A stretch of DNA of 32,000 bases, taken from positions 90,001 through 122,000 of the forward strand of contig NZ_CP047960.1 of assembly GCF_014280195.1 (NCBI RefSeq), written 5' to 3'. Shown here piece after piece: positions 18,082 through 26,319 of this stretch (position 1 is its first letter; every line of letters starts with the position of its first letter). The translations under genes were made by a program, and so were the position numbers. The notes below the pieces were generated by a model, which was not told the origin of the DNA, searched no databases, and saw only the letters and a program-made list of their open reading frames with translations. Source of the stretch: Synechococcus sp. A15-24 (lineage in GTDB: Bacteria; Cyanobacteriota; Cyanobacteriia; PCC-6307; Cyanobiaceae).

Positions 18082-19562
18082 GGCAGCAGCATCTCTATCA
18101 CGTAGCTCCGCAGCGCAGTGGCGCTGATGGGAGTGTTGCCCATGGTTTCAACGGCGAGGGCAGCCATACAGCAGGCCAAAGCAGCAGTTGGCATCATTGC
18201 CTGCCCACTGGCGAGTCCGGTGGCGAACAGTGCCAACAGCGAATCTCCAGCGCCTGCTACATCCAAGGGATTTACAGACAGGGCTGGGAAGGCTTGGCTT
18301 CTAAGTAGACCATCGGGCTCACGGTCGTAGGCAATGAACCCTTCAGACCCAAGCTTCATCACGAGCCGCTCACTCTCCGTGATCTGCAACAGGCGCTGAT
18401 TTAGTTTCTCGAGGCCGCTGTCTTTGTCTTGCAGGGCGAGTCGTGCCTCCCTTTCATTGGGGCAGAGCAGTGAGAAGTTTTTGAAGCGGGTGACGTTGCC
18501 TACCTGGCTGCTGCACTGGAGATCCCCGAACAGCAGCAAGTTGTGCTCTTTTGCAAGCTGATGCACAACTTCCAAAATCCGAGGTGTGACCACGCCATAG
18601 ACGAAGTCCGAAACGACGATCCCCTGAGCAAGTGGCGCCAGCGATTGCAGCTGAGCAATCACTTGATCTTCCACTTCGGCATCCAGGTTGTGCTCTTCAA
18701 GACGGCTGACGCGGAACAATTTTTGGTTTTCCACCACGTACCGCTTTTTGAATGTGGTCGGACGTGTGGGGTCACTGCTCAGACTATCACCAATGCCTTG
18801 AACGGCCAGTTCCTGACGCACAAGTTCAGCCGTGCTGTCGACCCCCACTACGGAGATGAAATCGCATCGTGCGCCCAGGGCGGTGATGTGGGCCGCCACC
18901 ACGGCCGCGCCACCGATGAAATTTTTGTGCTCCAGTTCCCGCACCACCACCACTGGTGCTTCGGCGCTCATGCCGATGGCTTCACAGGCGGCGTATTGAT
19001 CTACGATCGTGTCCCCCAGCACGATTAACCGCGTAGATCTCCAGCTTTTGATGGCGTTCAGCAGTTGATCTCGTTCAATTCCCTGCCGCCTGCAGGCGGC
19101 TTGAAAGAGTGAACGGCGTTGTTGGCGTAGATCGCGCTCAGACCCGCTAAGCAAATCTGCTGTGGCGTAATGAATTTCACCTGCGTGAAATTGAACAGCA
19201 CCGCCTTGTTGGCGTTGTTGATCCAGGGTGGCCTGAATCTGAGTGTTGTTTTTGAACTCATTGCCCAGCACCACAACCTCTGGTTTCAATGCATTGATGG
19301 CTTCGTCCAGTTCATCGGCTTTCAGCAACAGCAGAGCATCAGCGATGCCAAGCATGTTTAGGGCTTCTGCTCGTTCCTGTTGTTGAAACGTAAAGCTGGT
19401 ATTGGTATCTCCGATTAGGGCGACCACCATCTGCTCGCCCAAGCCACGGGCATGTCGCAGGTAGCGGATATGGCCAGGATGAATGGTGTTGAAGTGGCCG
19501 TAGGCAAGTACACAGCCCTGCCAGGCAGCAACATCCTCTAATCGTAGAAATTGTGTTGGCAT
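18078..19562 (-). CDS. bifunctional cytidylyl/adenylyltransferase-like (N-terminal) + PfkB sugar kinase (C-terminal); HldE/RfaE-like with inverted domain order
   Basis: N-terminal YGHFNTIHPGHIRYLRHA is the (H/T)xGH nucleotidyltransferase motif. C-terminal DVAGAGDSLLA is the PfkB signature. I prefer the ATG at 19562 (MPTQFLRL...) over the TTG at 19604 used by the track. Confidence 0.7.
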   Translation of the reverse strand: MPTQFLRLEDVAAWQGCVLAYGHFNTIHPGHIRYLRHARGLGEQMVVALIGDTNTSFTFQQQERAEALNMLGIADALLLLKADELDEAINALKPEVVVLGNEFKNNTQIQATLDQQRQQGGAVQFHAGEIHYATADLLSGSERDLRQQRRSLFQAACRRQGIERDQLLNAIKSWRSTRLIVLGDTIVDQYAACEAIGMSAEAPVVVVRELEHKNFIGGAAVVAAHITALGARCDFISVVGVDSTAELVRQELAVQGIGDSLSSDPTRPTTFKKRYVVENQKLFRVSRLEEHNLDAEVEDQVIAQLQSLAPLAQGIVVSDFVYGVVTPRILEVVHQLAKEHNLLLFGDLQCSSQVGNVTRFKNFSLLCPNEREARLALQDKDSGLEKLNQRLLQITESERLVMKLGSEGFIAYDREPDGLLRSQAFPALSVNPLDVAGAGDSLLALFATGLASGQAMMPTAALACCMAALAVETMGNTPISATALRSYVIEMLLP

Positions 19563-19801
19563 GTCTGAAGCGAATCTTAGTACGACTGGTGGTGGCTCTA
19601 TCAAGTAGTTCGCTCAAGCGAATCAAATGACTGTTAGGGGGTGGGAGGCGTCTGCTTGGCAAGCATCCAGCTGCGCTGAGAAAGAAAGAGTTCGATCGAT
19701 AATACCTGAAGCGTCTCGTGGCTGTAAGTAAGCATTGAAAACTTATTTTCTTGATTGATTGTGACTACATAATTACTGAGCTCGAAACACTAAAAGGAAC
19801 G

Positions 19802-20248
19802 CTAAATGTTATCACCGCTTTGTTGTAGAAGTTTTGTGAGGCAGTTGAGATGTACCTCATAATCAATCTCATTCAAAATTAATAAATTTGATTTAATAAG
19901 TGTTTCAAATTGGGTGAAAGTATCGTTTGTCTCGCCTGAACGTATCTGTTCAACTGCAAAATGTAGTATGATCTTATTTTTGATACAGTATTTATATACT
20001 TTTTCTCTGACGGCCTCTTTTTCTGGAAGCTGCCAGATGCTATAAAAAACTATATGTTGAAAGCCTTCTTTAAGTGCGGCCCATAGCTGGCAGTCGGTGC
20101 TACCGTTAATCCAGTATTCGGCACGTGAGAGCACAAATTTTAAGTTGTTTGCATCGCAATATGTCTTGACGATTTGATTTTGAATGTGCTGTGGAACTCT
20201 ATGTCCGTTGAATTCGCCGCTGGCGATGTAGCCTCTTGCAGGATTCAT
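19802..20248 (-). CDS. small uncharacterized carbohydrate-cluster protein (LIC12192/TIGR04323-like); paralog of 3007..3414
   Basis: See the alignment under 3007..3414. It lies immediately downstream (11-nt gap) of the oxygenase paralog. It is low GC and K-rich (10 Lys in 148 aa). Confidence 0.55.
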   Translation of the reverse strand: MNPARGYIASGEFNGHRVPQHIQNQIVKTYCDANNLKFVLSRAEYWINGSTDCQLWAALKEGFQHIVFYSIWQLPEKEAVREKVYKYCIKNKIILHFAVEQIRSGETNDTFTQFETLIKSNLLILNEIDYEVHLNCLTKLLQQSGDNI

Positions 20249-20259
20249 GTCAGTGAGAA

Positions 20260-21078
20260 TTATATCCAGTTGTCTGGGTGGCTATAATTCATACCTAATC
20301 TTGTGCAATTTTTGACAGTGATTGGCATAAAATACTCACCTAGTTTTTTATCCCAGTACGGAGTATGTAATCCTTTGAATCGGCAATTAATTGACCAGTG
20401 TGTATCTCGCTCTTCATTCAAGGAATATCCATGAGGGAGGGATTGGTCGAAAGCCAGGATTTCTCCATACTCAATCGGGATCCAAGTTAAGTCGTCGCGA
20501 AGTTCATTAAACAGTTCATCCGATGTGAGTCTTAATAGTTCCTTGGAGTCATTAAGCCTGCGTTTGTAATTATCTCTCTTTAATATGTACAAGCACATTG
20601 AATTTGTGCAGTTTACAAGTGGAATCCAAATATTGAGTTCAAATGGGGATACTCCATTCCATGTGTCTGCATGTATTGGAAGGACATCGTTCCGATTCTG
20701 AGGTAAATTAATTGAGAGTCCTGGCCTTTTCTGCATGGCCAACTCATTTCCGCAGAGCGAATGAATAATATTTTTGGCAGTATTGTAATAATTTCTATGA
20801 AAGCTTGTATTCCGATATAACTTTTTCATGATATGAAGCCGTAGATTGTTGCTTTGATCGTGAGATATTGAATAATGAGCGTTTTCAAGCTTTTGGACAT
20901 CCTTTCTAGTAATACTGGGAAATTCGTAAAATGCTCTCTCTATATCATGCTTGATTAATTCCAAGTACTGGAAGTCTGCTTTTTCTATTATGTAGCCTTC
21001 TTTGTTGTATGCATGACTTGCAGTCAATTCTTGGTTGTCTCTAAAGTCCCATGAGCTTTCGGCGTTCATTGCTGGCAT
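20260..21078 (-). CDS. Fe(II)/2OG oxygenase of the 'sporadic carbohydrate cluster' type; paralog of 2285..3010
   Basis: LPIHADTWNGVSPFELNIWIPLVN, LPHGYSLN and WSINCRFK give HxD...H...R. Confidence 0.6.
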   Translation of the reverse strand: MPAMNAESSWDFRDNQELTASHAYNKEGYIIEKADFQYLELIKHDIERAFYEFPSITRKDVQKLENAHYSISHDQSNNLRLHIMKKLYRNTSFHRNYYNTAKNIIHSLCGNELAMQKRPGLSINLPQNRNDVLPIHADTWNGVSPFELNIWIPLVNCTNSMCLYILKRDNYKRRLNDSKELLRLTSDELFNELRDDLTWIPIEYGEILAFDQSLPHGYSLNEERDTHWSINCRFKGLHTPYWDKKLGEYFMPITVKNCTRLGMNYSHPDNWI

Positions 21079-21117
21079 GGATATCGACCATGGTTATCAT
21101 AGGTGATTGAGAGGGCT

Positions 21118-21789
21118 CTATTCAAAATAGATATAAGAGTAATCACCGTTGTAGTTTGTATGCTTGAACCACCACTGCCACTCTTCAGGGGTGTTGAACG
21201 CTTCGCATGTCACCTGCCAGTACAGAAGATTTGCTTTTTCTTGTTCATTTCGATAGCTTTCAAGGCATAGATATTTGTGTTGTTTTCCAACACGCTCCAT
21301 TTCTCTAAGGGCGAGATCAAGGTCGTAGGCATGTAGATTATGCAATGTTGTAATGGAAATGACTAGGTCGAAAGTGTTGTCTCTCCACGGAAGGCTGATG
21401 GCATTGCCAATTTGTAGTCGGTCGCGAATTTCTGGTTTGGAATTTGCGATCGCATAATCTGAAATATCGATGCCATAGATTTCTGCATCAGGTATCACTT
21501 TTAGAAAGTCATAGAGAAGAAAGCCTTTGCCACATCCAATATCCAGGATTTTAGGTTTCGTAGGCAGGGGATAGTGCTCAGCCATGGCGCGAGCAACTTT
21601 TTCCCAACGCCCTTTGAGGTAGTGATAACCCCCATAGCAAATTCGTCGGTCGCCATCCCAATAATCTTCGGAAAACTTCTTGGCTTGCTCAGCAGCCTTT
21701 GCTTTGGGGTATTCAGGGTCATTGACGCGTGCCAAGTAATCGCGTGGTGTGCTTTTATGAAGCACACTCATGAAGTCGACTTCAGCCAT
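21118..21789 (-). CDS. class I SAM-dependent methyltransferase
   Basis: ILDIGCGKGFLLYDF (motif I), IYGIDISDYA (motif II) and DLVISITTLHNL. Confidence 0.7.
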   Translation of the reverse strand: MAEVDFMSVLHKSTPRDYLARVNDPEYPKAKAAEQAKKFSEDYWDGDRRICYGGYHYLKGRWEKVARAMAEHYPLPTKPKILDIGCGKGFLLYDFLKVIPDAEIYGIDISDYAIANSKPEIRDRLQIGNAISLPWRDNTFDLVISITTLHNLHAYDLDLALREMERVGKQHKYLCLESYRNEQEKANLLYWQVTCEAFNTPEEWQWWFKHTNYNGDYSYIYFE

Positions 21790-22414
21790 TGCTTAAGGGT
21801 TGGATCTGATCGGGTTTGTGAGAGTTGAGCCACTGCATGCATAAGTGGCCGACCATAAGTTGTGTATCTTCGGCGATTTGCATATCGTTAATTTCGAAAT
21901 GAATTGTAGTTTTGGCTAGTTCCTTGCACTTGCCCCCTGTGAAGGCTAGAACTGCAAATGTTTGCATGCCAATTCTATTGGCGGCATCAAGTGCTCTGAT
22001 TATGTTTGGCGAGTTGCCACTGCCGGAGAGAGCAATCAATAGATCTTCTTTTTTGCCCTTTACTTCAAGCTGGTGGGAATAGATGTTTTCATAGCCGGTG
22101 TCATTGGCAAGGCAAGTAATTACACCTGCATTGGCAGGTAATGCTTCTATTCGTAGTCCAGGTAGTGTTTTGCCTGGTCCGCAGGCTCCAATGCCGTAAT
22201 GAAGATCATTGGCAATATGAATTGCGTTTGCCGCGCTGCCGCCATTGCCGCAGATATAGACGTTTCGACCGTCAATCCAGGCTTGACGTAACTCGTCGGC
22301 GAGATGTTCTGCGGCTTCTAAATTTATTTTGTTGAAGCAACCCTGTAAGCGATCTATATAGGTAAATGCACTGTTTATGAAAGTGCTGGTTGTCAGTGAA
22401 GAGGCTGTCATCAC
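21782..22414 (-). CDS. gmhA: phosphoheptose (sedoheptulose-7-phosphate) isomerase, SIS domain
   Basis: YICGNGGSAANAIHIANDL, ANDTGYENIYSHQL and LIALSGSGNSPNIIRALDAANRIGM parallel E. coli GmhA. The track start is GTG at 22414; an ATG at 22411 is equally possible. Confidence 0.75.
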   Translation of the reverse strand: MMTASSLTTSTFINSAFTYIDRLQGCFNKINLEAAEHLADELRQAWIDGRNVYICGNGGSAANAIHIANDLHYGIGACGPGKTLPGLRIEALPANAGVITCLANDTGYENIYSHQLEVKGKKEDLLIALSGSGNSPNIIRALDAANRIGMQTFAVLAFTGGKCKELAKTTIHFEINDMQIAEDTQLMVGHLCMQWLNSHKPDQIQPLSNG

Positions 22415-23127
22415 TTATGCCTCATTAGTTTTTGTGCTGAAGTTAGTGCCTCTGGAGTTCCGATGTCCAGATATGCATCGTGGGTATGCCACGTCTGGAT
22501 TCGCCCAAGTAACTTGGGTATCACCTCAGTGCTGAAGTCGCTTGGTCTTTGATTCATCAAACTGAGGTGGTCAAGGAAGTCTTGCTCGAATGCGTAAAGA
22601 GCTCCGTTAGCTCTGTTTCCAGGTGGGTTGGCAATTTTCTCATGAAAGGCCTGTACAACCTGCTGATCGTCAATCTCAACGATTCCACAGCTTTCTGGAG
22701 TATCGGTATGAAAAGTCAGCATCGTCAGTTGGCAGCAAGGCTGGCGCTCCCTGTGGGCAGTCAAGAAACCGTCCAGCCCTCCTGCCATGGCGTTGTCAGC
22801 ATGAATAAGCAACCCTGTTGCACCTCTGAAAAAGTCCTGGTTGGAGATCAGGGTGCCGGCGGTACCCAACAATTCAGGCTCGTGAGCGGCCTTAACGCTC
22901 ATTGTGGAACTCTTCCAGCTTTGTAGGAAAGCCTCCACTTGGTCAGCTAGGTAATGGGTGTTGATCAGCACCGCCTCACAACCTGCCAGCTCAAGCTGTC
23001 TGAGCCAACGGCCCAGCAATGCTTCCCCTCCAATATTCACCAAGCATTTTGGTGTGTGCAAGGTGATCGGCCGCAGCCGCGTCCCAAGGCCTGCGGCTAG
23101 GAGTAGGGCGCGGAAAGTTTGTGTCAT
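22411..23127 (-). CDS. sugar-1-phosphate nucleotidyltransferase (NTP_transferase fold; HddC/heptose-1-P guanylyltransferase-like)
   Basis: LLLAAGLGTRLRPITLHTPKCLV is the canonical G-x-G-T-R-L motif. The gene sits inside the heptose cluster. Confidence 0.7.
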   Translation of the reverse strand: MTQTFRALLLAAGLGTRLRPITLHTPKCLVNIGGEALLGRWLRQLELAGCEAVLINTHYLADQVEAFLQSWKSSTMSVKAAHEPELLGTAGTLISNQDFFRGATGLLIHADNAMAGGLDGFLTAHRERQPCCQLTMLTFHTDTPESCGIVEIDDQQVVQAFHEKIANPPGNRANGALYAFEQDFLDHLSLMNQRPSDFSTEVIPKLLGRIQTWHTHDAYLDIGTPEALTSAQKLMRHK

Positions 23128-24356
23128 TACAGGTTCAATTGAGGTAGAGCTTGATCAACGATCAAATCTGCCAAGGCAAAGCTTGCGGTAAAGGCAGGTG
23201 AGATCGCGTTGAGTACGTGAGTGCTGCATGGTCCGTTTAGACAAAGAAAGTCGTCTTCTAATCGTTCAGTTGTTCGATTGAACAGTTGAGATCGAATTCC
23301 TACTTTTTGGCTGAGTTCGATGTGTTCAGGCTTTACGGCGGGGATTAACTCTTGGGCAGCTCGAACCAGCAAGGGTGGCAGAGCCAAAACGGCCTGTTCG
23401 TGTACGTAGCGACGGAATCCGCCACGGTTGGTCAGATATTGGCGAGCAAGAACTGCAATATTTGCTGCTGCCATGCCCGGTTCGATGGCTTTAAGGCCTC
23501 GGTAATTCTCCCTGCCAAAAGCCAGCGTGGCTGTAGGACCAATACTCACCACTGGTGTTTCATCGGCACTGGGGGTGAAATGAACTCCCAGGAAGGGAAC
23601 GCTTAGATCGGGCACCGGATAGAGATTAGTTCGTGGCTGGAATGGACAATTGTCTTTGAGTTGCCAGTAAAGCCCTTTGAAGGGTAACAAGTTGTACTGA
23701 TTCCCCATTCCAAACGATCTGGCCACTCGATCTGCCTGCAGCCCTGTGCAGTTGAACAAATAGCCATAGCTCAGTGCTGATCCATCGGAGAGAATCAACT
23801 GCTGCTGCGTGGGCCTTGCTTTGAAGTCGTGTTGGCTTTGGTACATCTTTACCCCTTGATCGGCGAGATCTTGACGGAGACGACGCACCACGCTGAGGGG
23901 TTTTACAACAGCTGTGTTTGGGCTCCACAGAGCCCGACCGCTGGCAGTTCGGGCTTCTGGTATCTTCTCTCGCAGTTGATTGGCGTCCCACAACTCCACT
24001 TCGGCACCATTCTCCCTGCCGCGTTCGGCGAGCACATCGAGCTGGGCGTCCAGCTCAGCTCGCGGTGGCACGATTACTTTCCCGCAGGGGTTGAGGGGTA
24101 AGCCACGCTCTTCGACCCAAGAGCGGAGCCGCCGAGCACCTTCAACGCAGACTTTGGCTTTGAGTGAACCTGGCTTGTAATACAGCCCTGCATGCAGAAC
24201 GCCGCTGTTGCGACCAGAGCTGTGAAGGCCCAGCTCCGGCTCTTTATCCAGAATGGTGATATCAGTTGTGATGTCTCTCTCGAGAAGCTGATGGGCGACT
24301 GATAGTCCCACCATCCCCCCTCCAAGGATCAAAACATCGCAGCTGTGTTCGCTCAT
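23127..24356 (-). CDS. FAD-dependent oxidoreductase, L-2-hydroxyglutarate oxidase (LhgO)-like
   Basis: I chose the start at the internal ATG (MSEHSCDVLILGGGMVGLS), which forms an ATGA overlap with the gmhB stop. GRNSGVLHAGLYYKPGSLKAKVC, PFKGLYW, YPVPDLSVPFLGVHFT, GPTATLAFGRENY and VLNAISPAFTAS closely parallel E. coli LhgO as I recall it. Confidence 0.7.
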   Translation of the reverse strand: MSEHSCDVLILGGGMVGLSVAHQLLERDITTDITILDKEPELGLHSSGRNSGVLHAGLYYKPGSLKAKVCVEGARRLRSWVEERGLPLNPCGKVIVPPRAELDAQLDVLAERGRENGAEVELWDANQLREKIPEARTASGRALWSPNTAVVKPLSVVRRLRQDLADQGVKMYQSQHDFKARPTQQQLILSDGSALSYGYLFNCTGLQADRVARSFGMGNQYNLLPFKGLYWQLKDNCPFQPRTNLYPVPDLSVPFLGVHFTPSADETPVVSIGPTATLAFGRENYRGLKAIEPGMAAANIAVLARQYLTNRGGFRRYVHEQAVLALPPLLVRAAQELIPAVKPEHIELSQKVGIRSQLFNRTTERLEDDFLCLNGPCSTHVLNAISPAFTASFALADLIVDQALPQLNL

Positions 24357-24988
24357 GTGTCCTGGCTCAGTAGCGAGGTGGGAAAGGCAAGCAAGGAGTC
24401 CAAGAACCAAACTTCAGTTTTGAGATTCTGACTGAAGCCTGTTTGCTGCCGTTTTGCCCACGCCTTGATCGGACCCCGCTCGTTCTGCCCATGCCCAGTC
24501 AGCACATGGATCAGACCCCGTATGTCTGCGCGAGCCCCAGCTTCCATATCTGACAAACGGTCTCCGACAAGAAGCGATTTTTTGAGATTTAGGTTGAGGT
24601 CTCGACTGGCGTCCAGCAGCATAGCTGGGCTGGGTTTGCGCCAGCTTCCTGCTAATGCTTCAGGTCCGTGTCCGTTGGCATAGATCCCCGCCAGGGGGGC
24701 CGATTTTCCTAAGAGAGATAGAAGCTGATCGGTTACTCGTTCGTAGTCAGACCAATCAAAGTAACCTCTGGCGATTCCAGACTGGTTGGTGATCAGCACG
24801 ACAGCCCAGTTCTTTTGGTTTGCGGCTTTGACGAGTTCTTTGCTGCCAGGGCACAGGGTCACCTCAGTTGGATCACAGAGGTAATGCCTATCTTCGATGA
24901 GCACCCCATCCCGATCGAGAAACAAAGCTGGTGTTGAGATTGGGTACGGAGCTCGAAGCAACCTCCGTCGTTCATTGGTATCCGACAT
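24353..24988 (-). CDS. gmhB: D-glycero-D-manno-heptose 1,7-bisphosphate phosphatase (HAD-IIIA)
   Basis: ALFLDRDGVLIED, LITNQSGIARGYF, WRKPSPAML and LVGDRLSDMEAG parallel GmhB. I prefer the ATG at 24988 (MSDTNERRR) to the TTG at 24994. Confidence 0.75.
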   Translation of the reverse strand: MSDTNERRRLLRAPYPISTPALFLDRDGVLIEDRHYLCDPTEVTLCPGSKELVKAANQKNWAVVLITNQSGIARGYFDWSDYERVTDQLLSLLGKSAPLAGIYANGHGPEALAGSWRKPSPAMLLDASRDLNLNLKKSLLVGDRLSDMEAGARADIRGLIHVLTGHGQNERGPIKAWAKRQQTGFSQNLKTEVWFLDSLLAFPTSLLSQDT

Positions 24989-25114
24989 GGTCAACGTCCC
25001 ATCTTCTAAGGATCATGTCTGTTTCTGAAGCCCCAGCCGCGTCCAGCTTGCGGTTTTGCTGCCTTTCCTGAAGTACTTCATCTTTTGCTCTTGACCTAGG
25101 GTCCCTCTGTGCTC

Positions 25115-25229
25115 CATGCTCTACAAGTCGTAAGGGATACATCCCGCCGACCGACCTGCGGATGTAGCTCAGTGGTAGAGCATCTCCTTGCCAAGGAGAG
25201 GGTCGAGAGTTCGAATCTCTTCATCCGCT
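25115..25229 (+). repeat. direct repeat copy 1: 43-nt leader/promoter region + tRNA-Gly
   Basis: Hand alignment with 26320..26434 gives 8 mismatches over 115 nt (7 in the 43-nt leader, 1 in the tRNA at 25203 vs 26408). Confidence 0.85.
25158..25229 (+). tRNA. tRNA-Gly (anticodon GCC)
   Basis: Cloverleaf parsed by hand. Acceptor GCGGATG/CATCCGC, D arm GCTC-AGTGGTA-GAGC, anticodon arm TCTCC-TTGCCAA-GGAGA (GCC), variable loop GGGTC, T arm GAGAG-TTCGAAT-CTCTT, discriminator T. CCA is not encoded. Confidence 0.9.
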
Positions 25230-25699
25230 TCACCTGAATTGTTGATGTAACGCCGTTTGATTTGACATTATCTCGTTGAACCAAAGTGGCTAGTGGGCCT
25301 GGAGCTGCGCCCGTCTTGGCTACGCCCGTTACGCCTGGCAAGTAGTGCTGGATCTAGGCAGCGCTTCAACAACACGCCGGCCCGGGAATGGGCCCAAGAG
25401 GGTTGCCGGCACCCACTGCATACCCACGGACCTGTGGATACCGTCGCTGGTGGTCCGCCCGAAGGCCCACCTGGCACTTGTTGCAACAGAGGCTCAGTAC
25501 CTGGTTTCTGCCACTGAGCTTGCGCATTTGCAGGCAGCGGGCGGGCCGCAGGTCTGGTTTCTCGTTCAACCAGCGCAGCCCCATGGGCTCTGGGACTTAG
25601 CCACTCTGCCGTGCCTGCTGCTTGAACGGCTTGTCACCCACACGGTAGATGGTGATGCCTGGTGTGCTCTAAGCCCAGTTCGTGGCTGACGCTGCGGTT

Positions 25700-26047
25700 T
25701 CAGTGCAGATACTTTTCAGCTGCGCCGGAGTTGGCTGTAGCGTCAAGGGTTCTGGCTGTGCGCCCATGCAGGCGCAGGCAATCGGGTCCACTATTGCTCT
25801 CGCTGTTAGCCAAGGCACCCAGGCCATCGAGGATTAATCGTTCATCCAGGCTGAAGAGCTTGAAACACACCAAGCATTGCTTGAGCAAGCCCGTCCCTTC
25901 CATCTCGTGAATCACCCAATCCAGGGGCCAGGTGGAGTTCATGGCGCTGTCACCACCAAGGGCAAGGCTTTTCTTCTGAGTGCTGCGATCGGTGAATGGA
26001 AACGGAACCCGAACCAGTGAAAGCGTTGGGTAAAACTCAGGTTTCAC
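25700..26047 (-). CDS. possible PemK/MazF-family type II toxin (may be degenerate)
   Basis: GTG start. VRVPFPFTDRSTQKK and GLLKQCLVCFKLFSLDERLILDGLGALA resemble the FPFSD..K.RP and GL...SVV.C..L.TLD...I...LG.LS blocks of cyanobacterial PemK-like toxins. The RPALV and ITS blocks are poorly conserved. Confidence 0.4.
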   Translation of the reverse strand: MKPEFYPTLSLVRVPFPFTDRSTQKKSLALGGDSAMNSTWPLDWVIHEMEGTGLLKQCLVCFKLFSLDERLILDGLGALANSESNSGPDCLRLHGRTARTLDATANSGAAEKYLH

Positions 26048-26257
26048 AGCTCAGCGAAGGTTTCATCGTTGGCTGCGCTGGCCCAGTCCTGAAGGCTGGC
26101 CTCAAGCCCATGCAGGTTTTTGAGATCAAGCGGAGAAACACCCTTCACCAGTGCTATGCCGTTATCTACTCCCCAGGACAGGCGATCGTCCTGTCGCTAT
26201 GCCCGTGCGATGTCGATTGCCATGAAGACTGCTCAAAGTCGTTACCTGCTTATGCAT
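26044..26257 (-). pseudogene. possible frameshifted MazE/AbrB-type antitoxin remnant
   Basis: A frame ending in TGA at 26046-26044 forms a GTGA overlap with the toxin start. It reads ...DDRLSWGVDNGIALVKGVSPLDLKNLHGLEASLQDWASAANDETFAEL but has no start codon after the stop at 26197-26199. A different frame supplies MHKQVTTLSSLHGNRHRTGIATG from the ATG at 26257. Joining the two needs a frameshift near 26162-26196. Confidence 0.3.
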
Positions 26258-26319
26258 GCAGAGGATCAGCCGCACCTTTTGCTGGCCTGATCGGATTGAC
26301 CAAAGGCCCCCTAGTGATG

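Noticed and set aside
19563-19801. A 239-nt intergenic gap with a G-rich tract (gttagggggtgggaggcg), considered as a G-quadruplex, sRNA or internal promoter.
   Set aside because: There are fewer than four G-runs, and I could find no convincing -35/-10 pair or terminator by eye. I treat it only as the seam between a high-GC gene and the low-GC cassette.
15730-24325. Many 60-215-aa ORFs lie antisense to or nested within the high-GC minus-strand genes. Examples: 15730..16086, 17329..17976, 18543..19028, 22549..22926, 23626..23991, 23829..24101, 24074..24325.
   Set aside because: They overlap ORFs with strong family motifs on the other strand or frame. They are Arg/Pro/Gly/Ser-rich, as expected for shadow frames in GC-rich DNA, and show no motifs.
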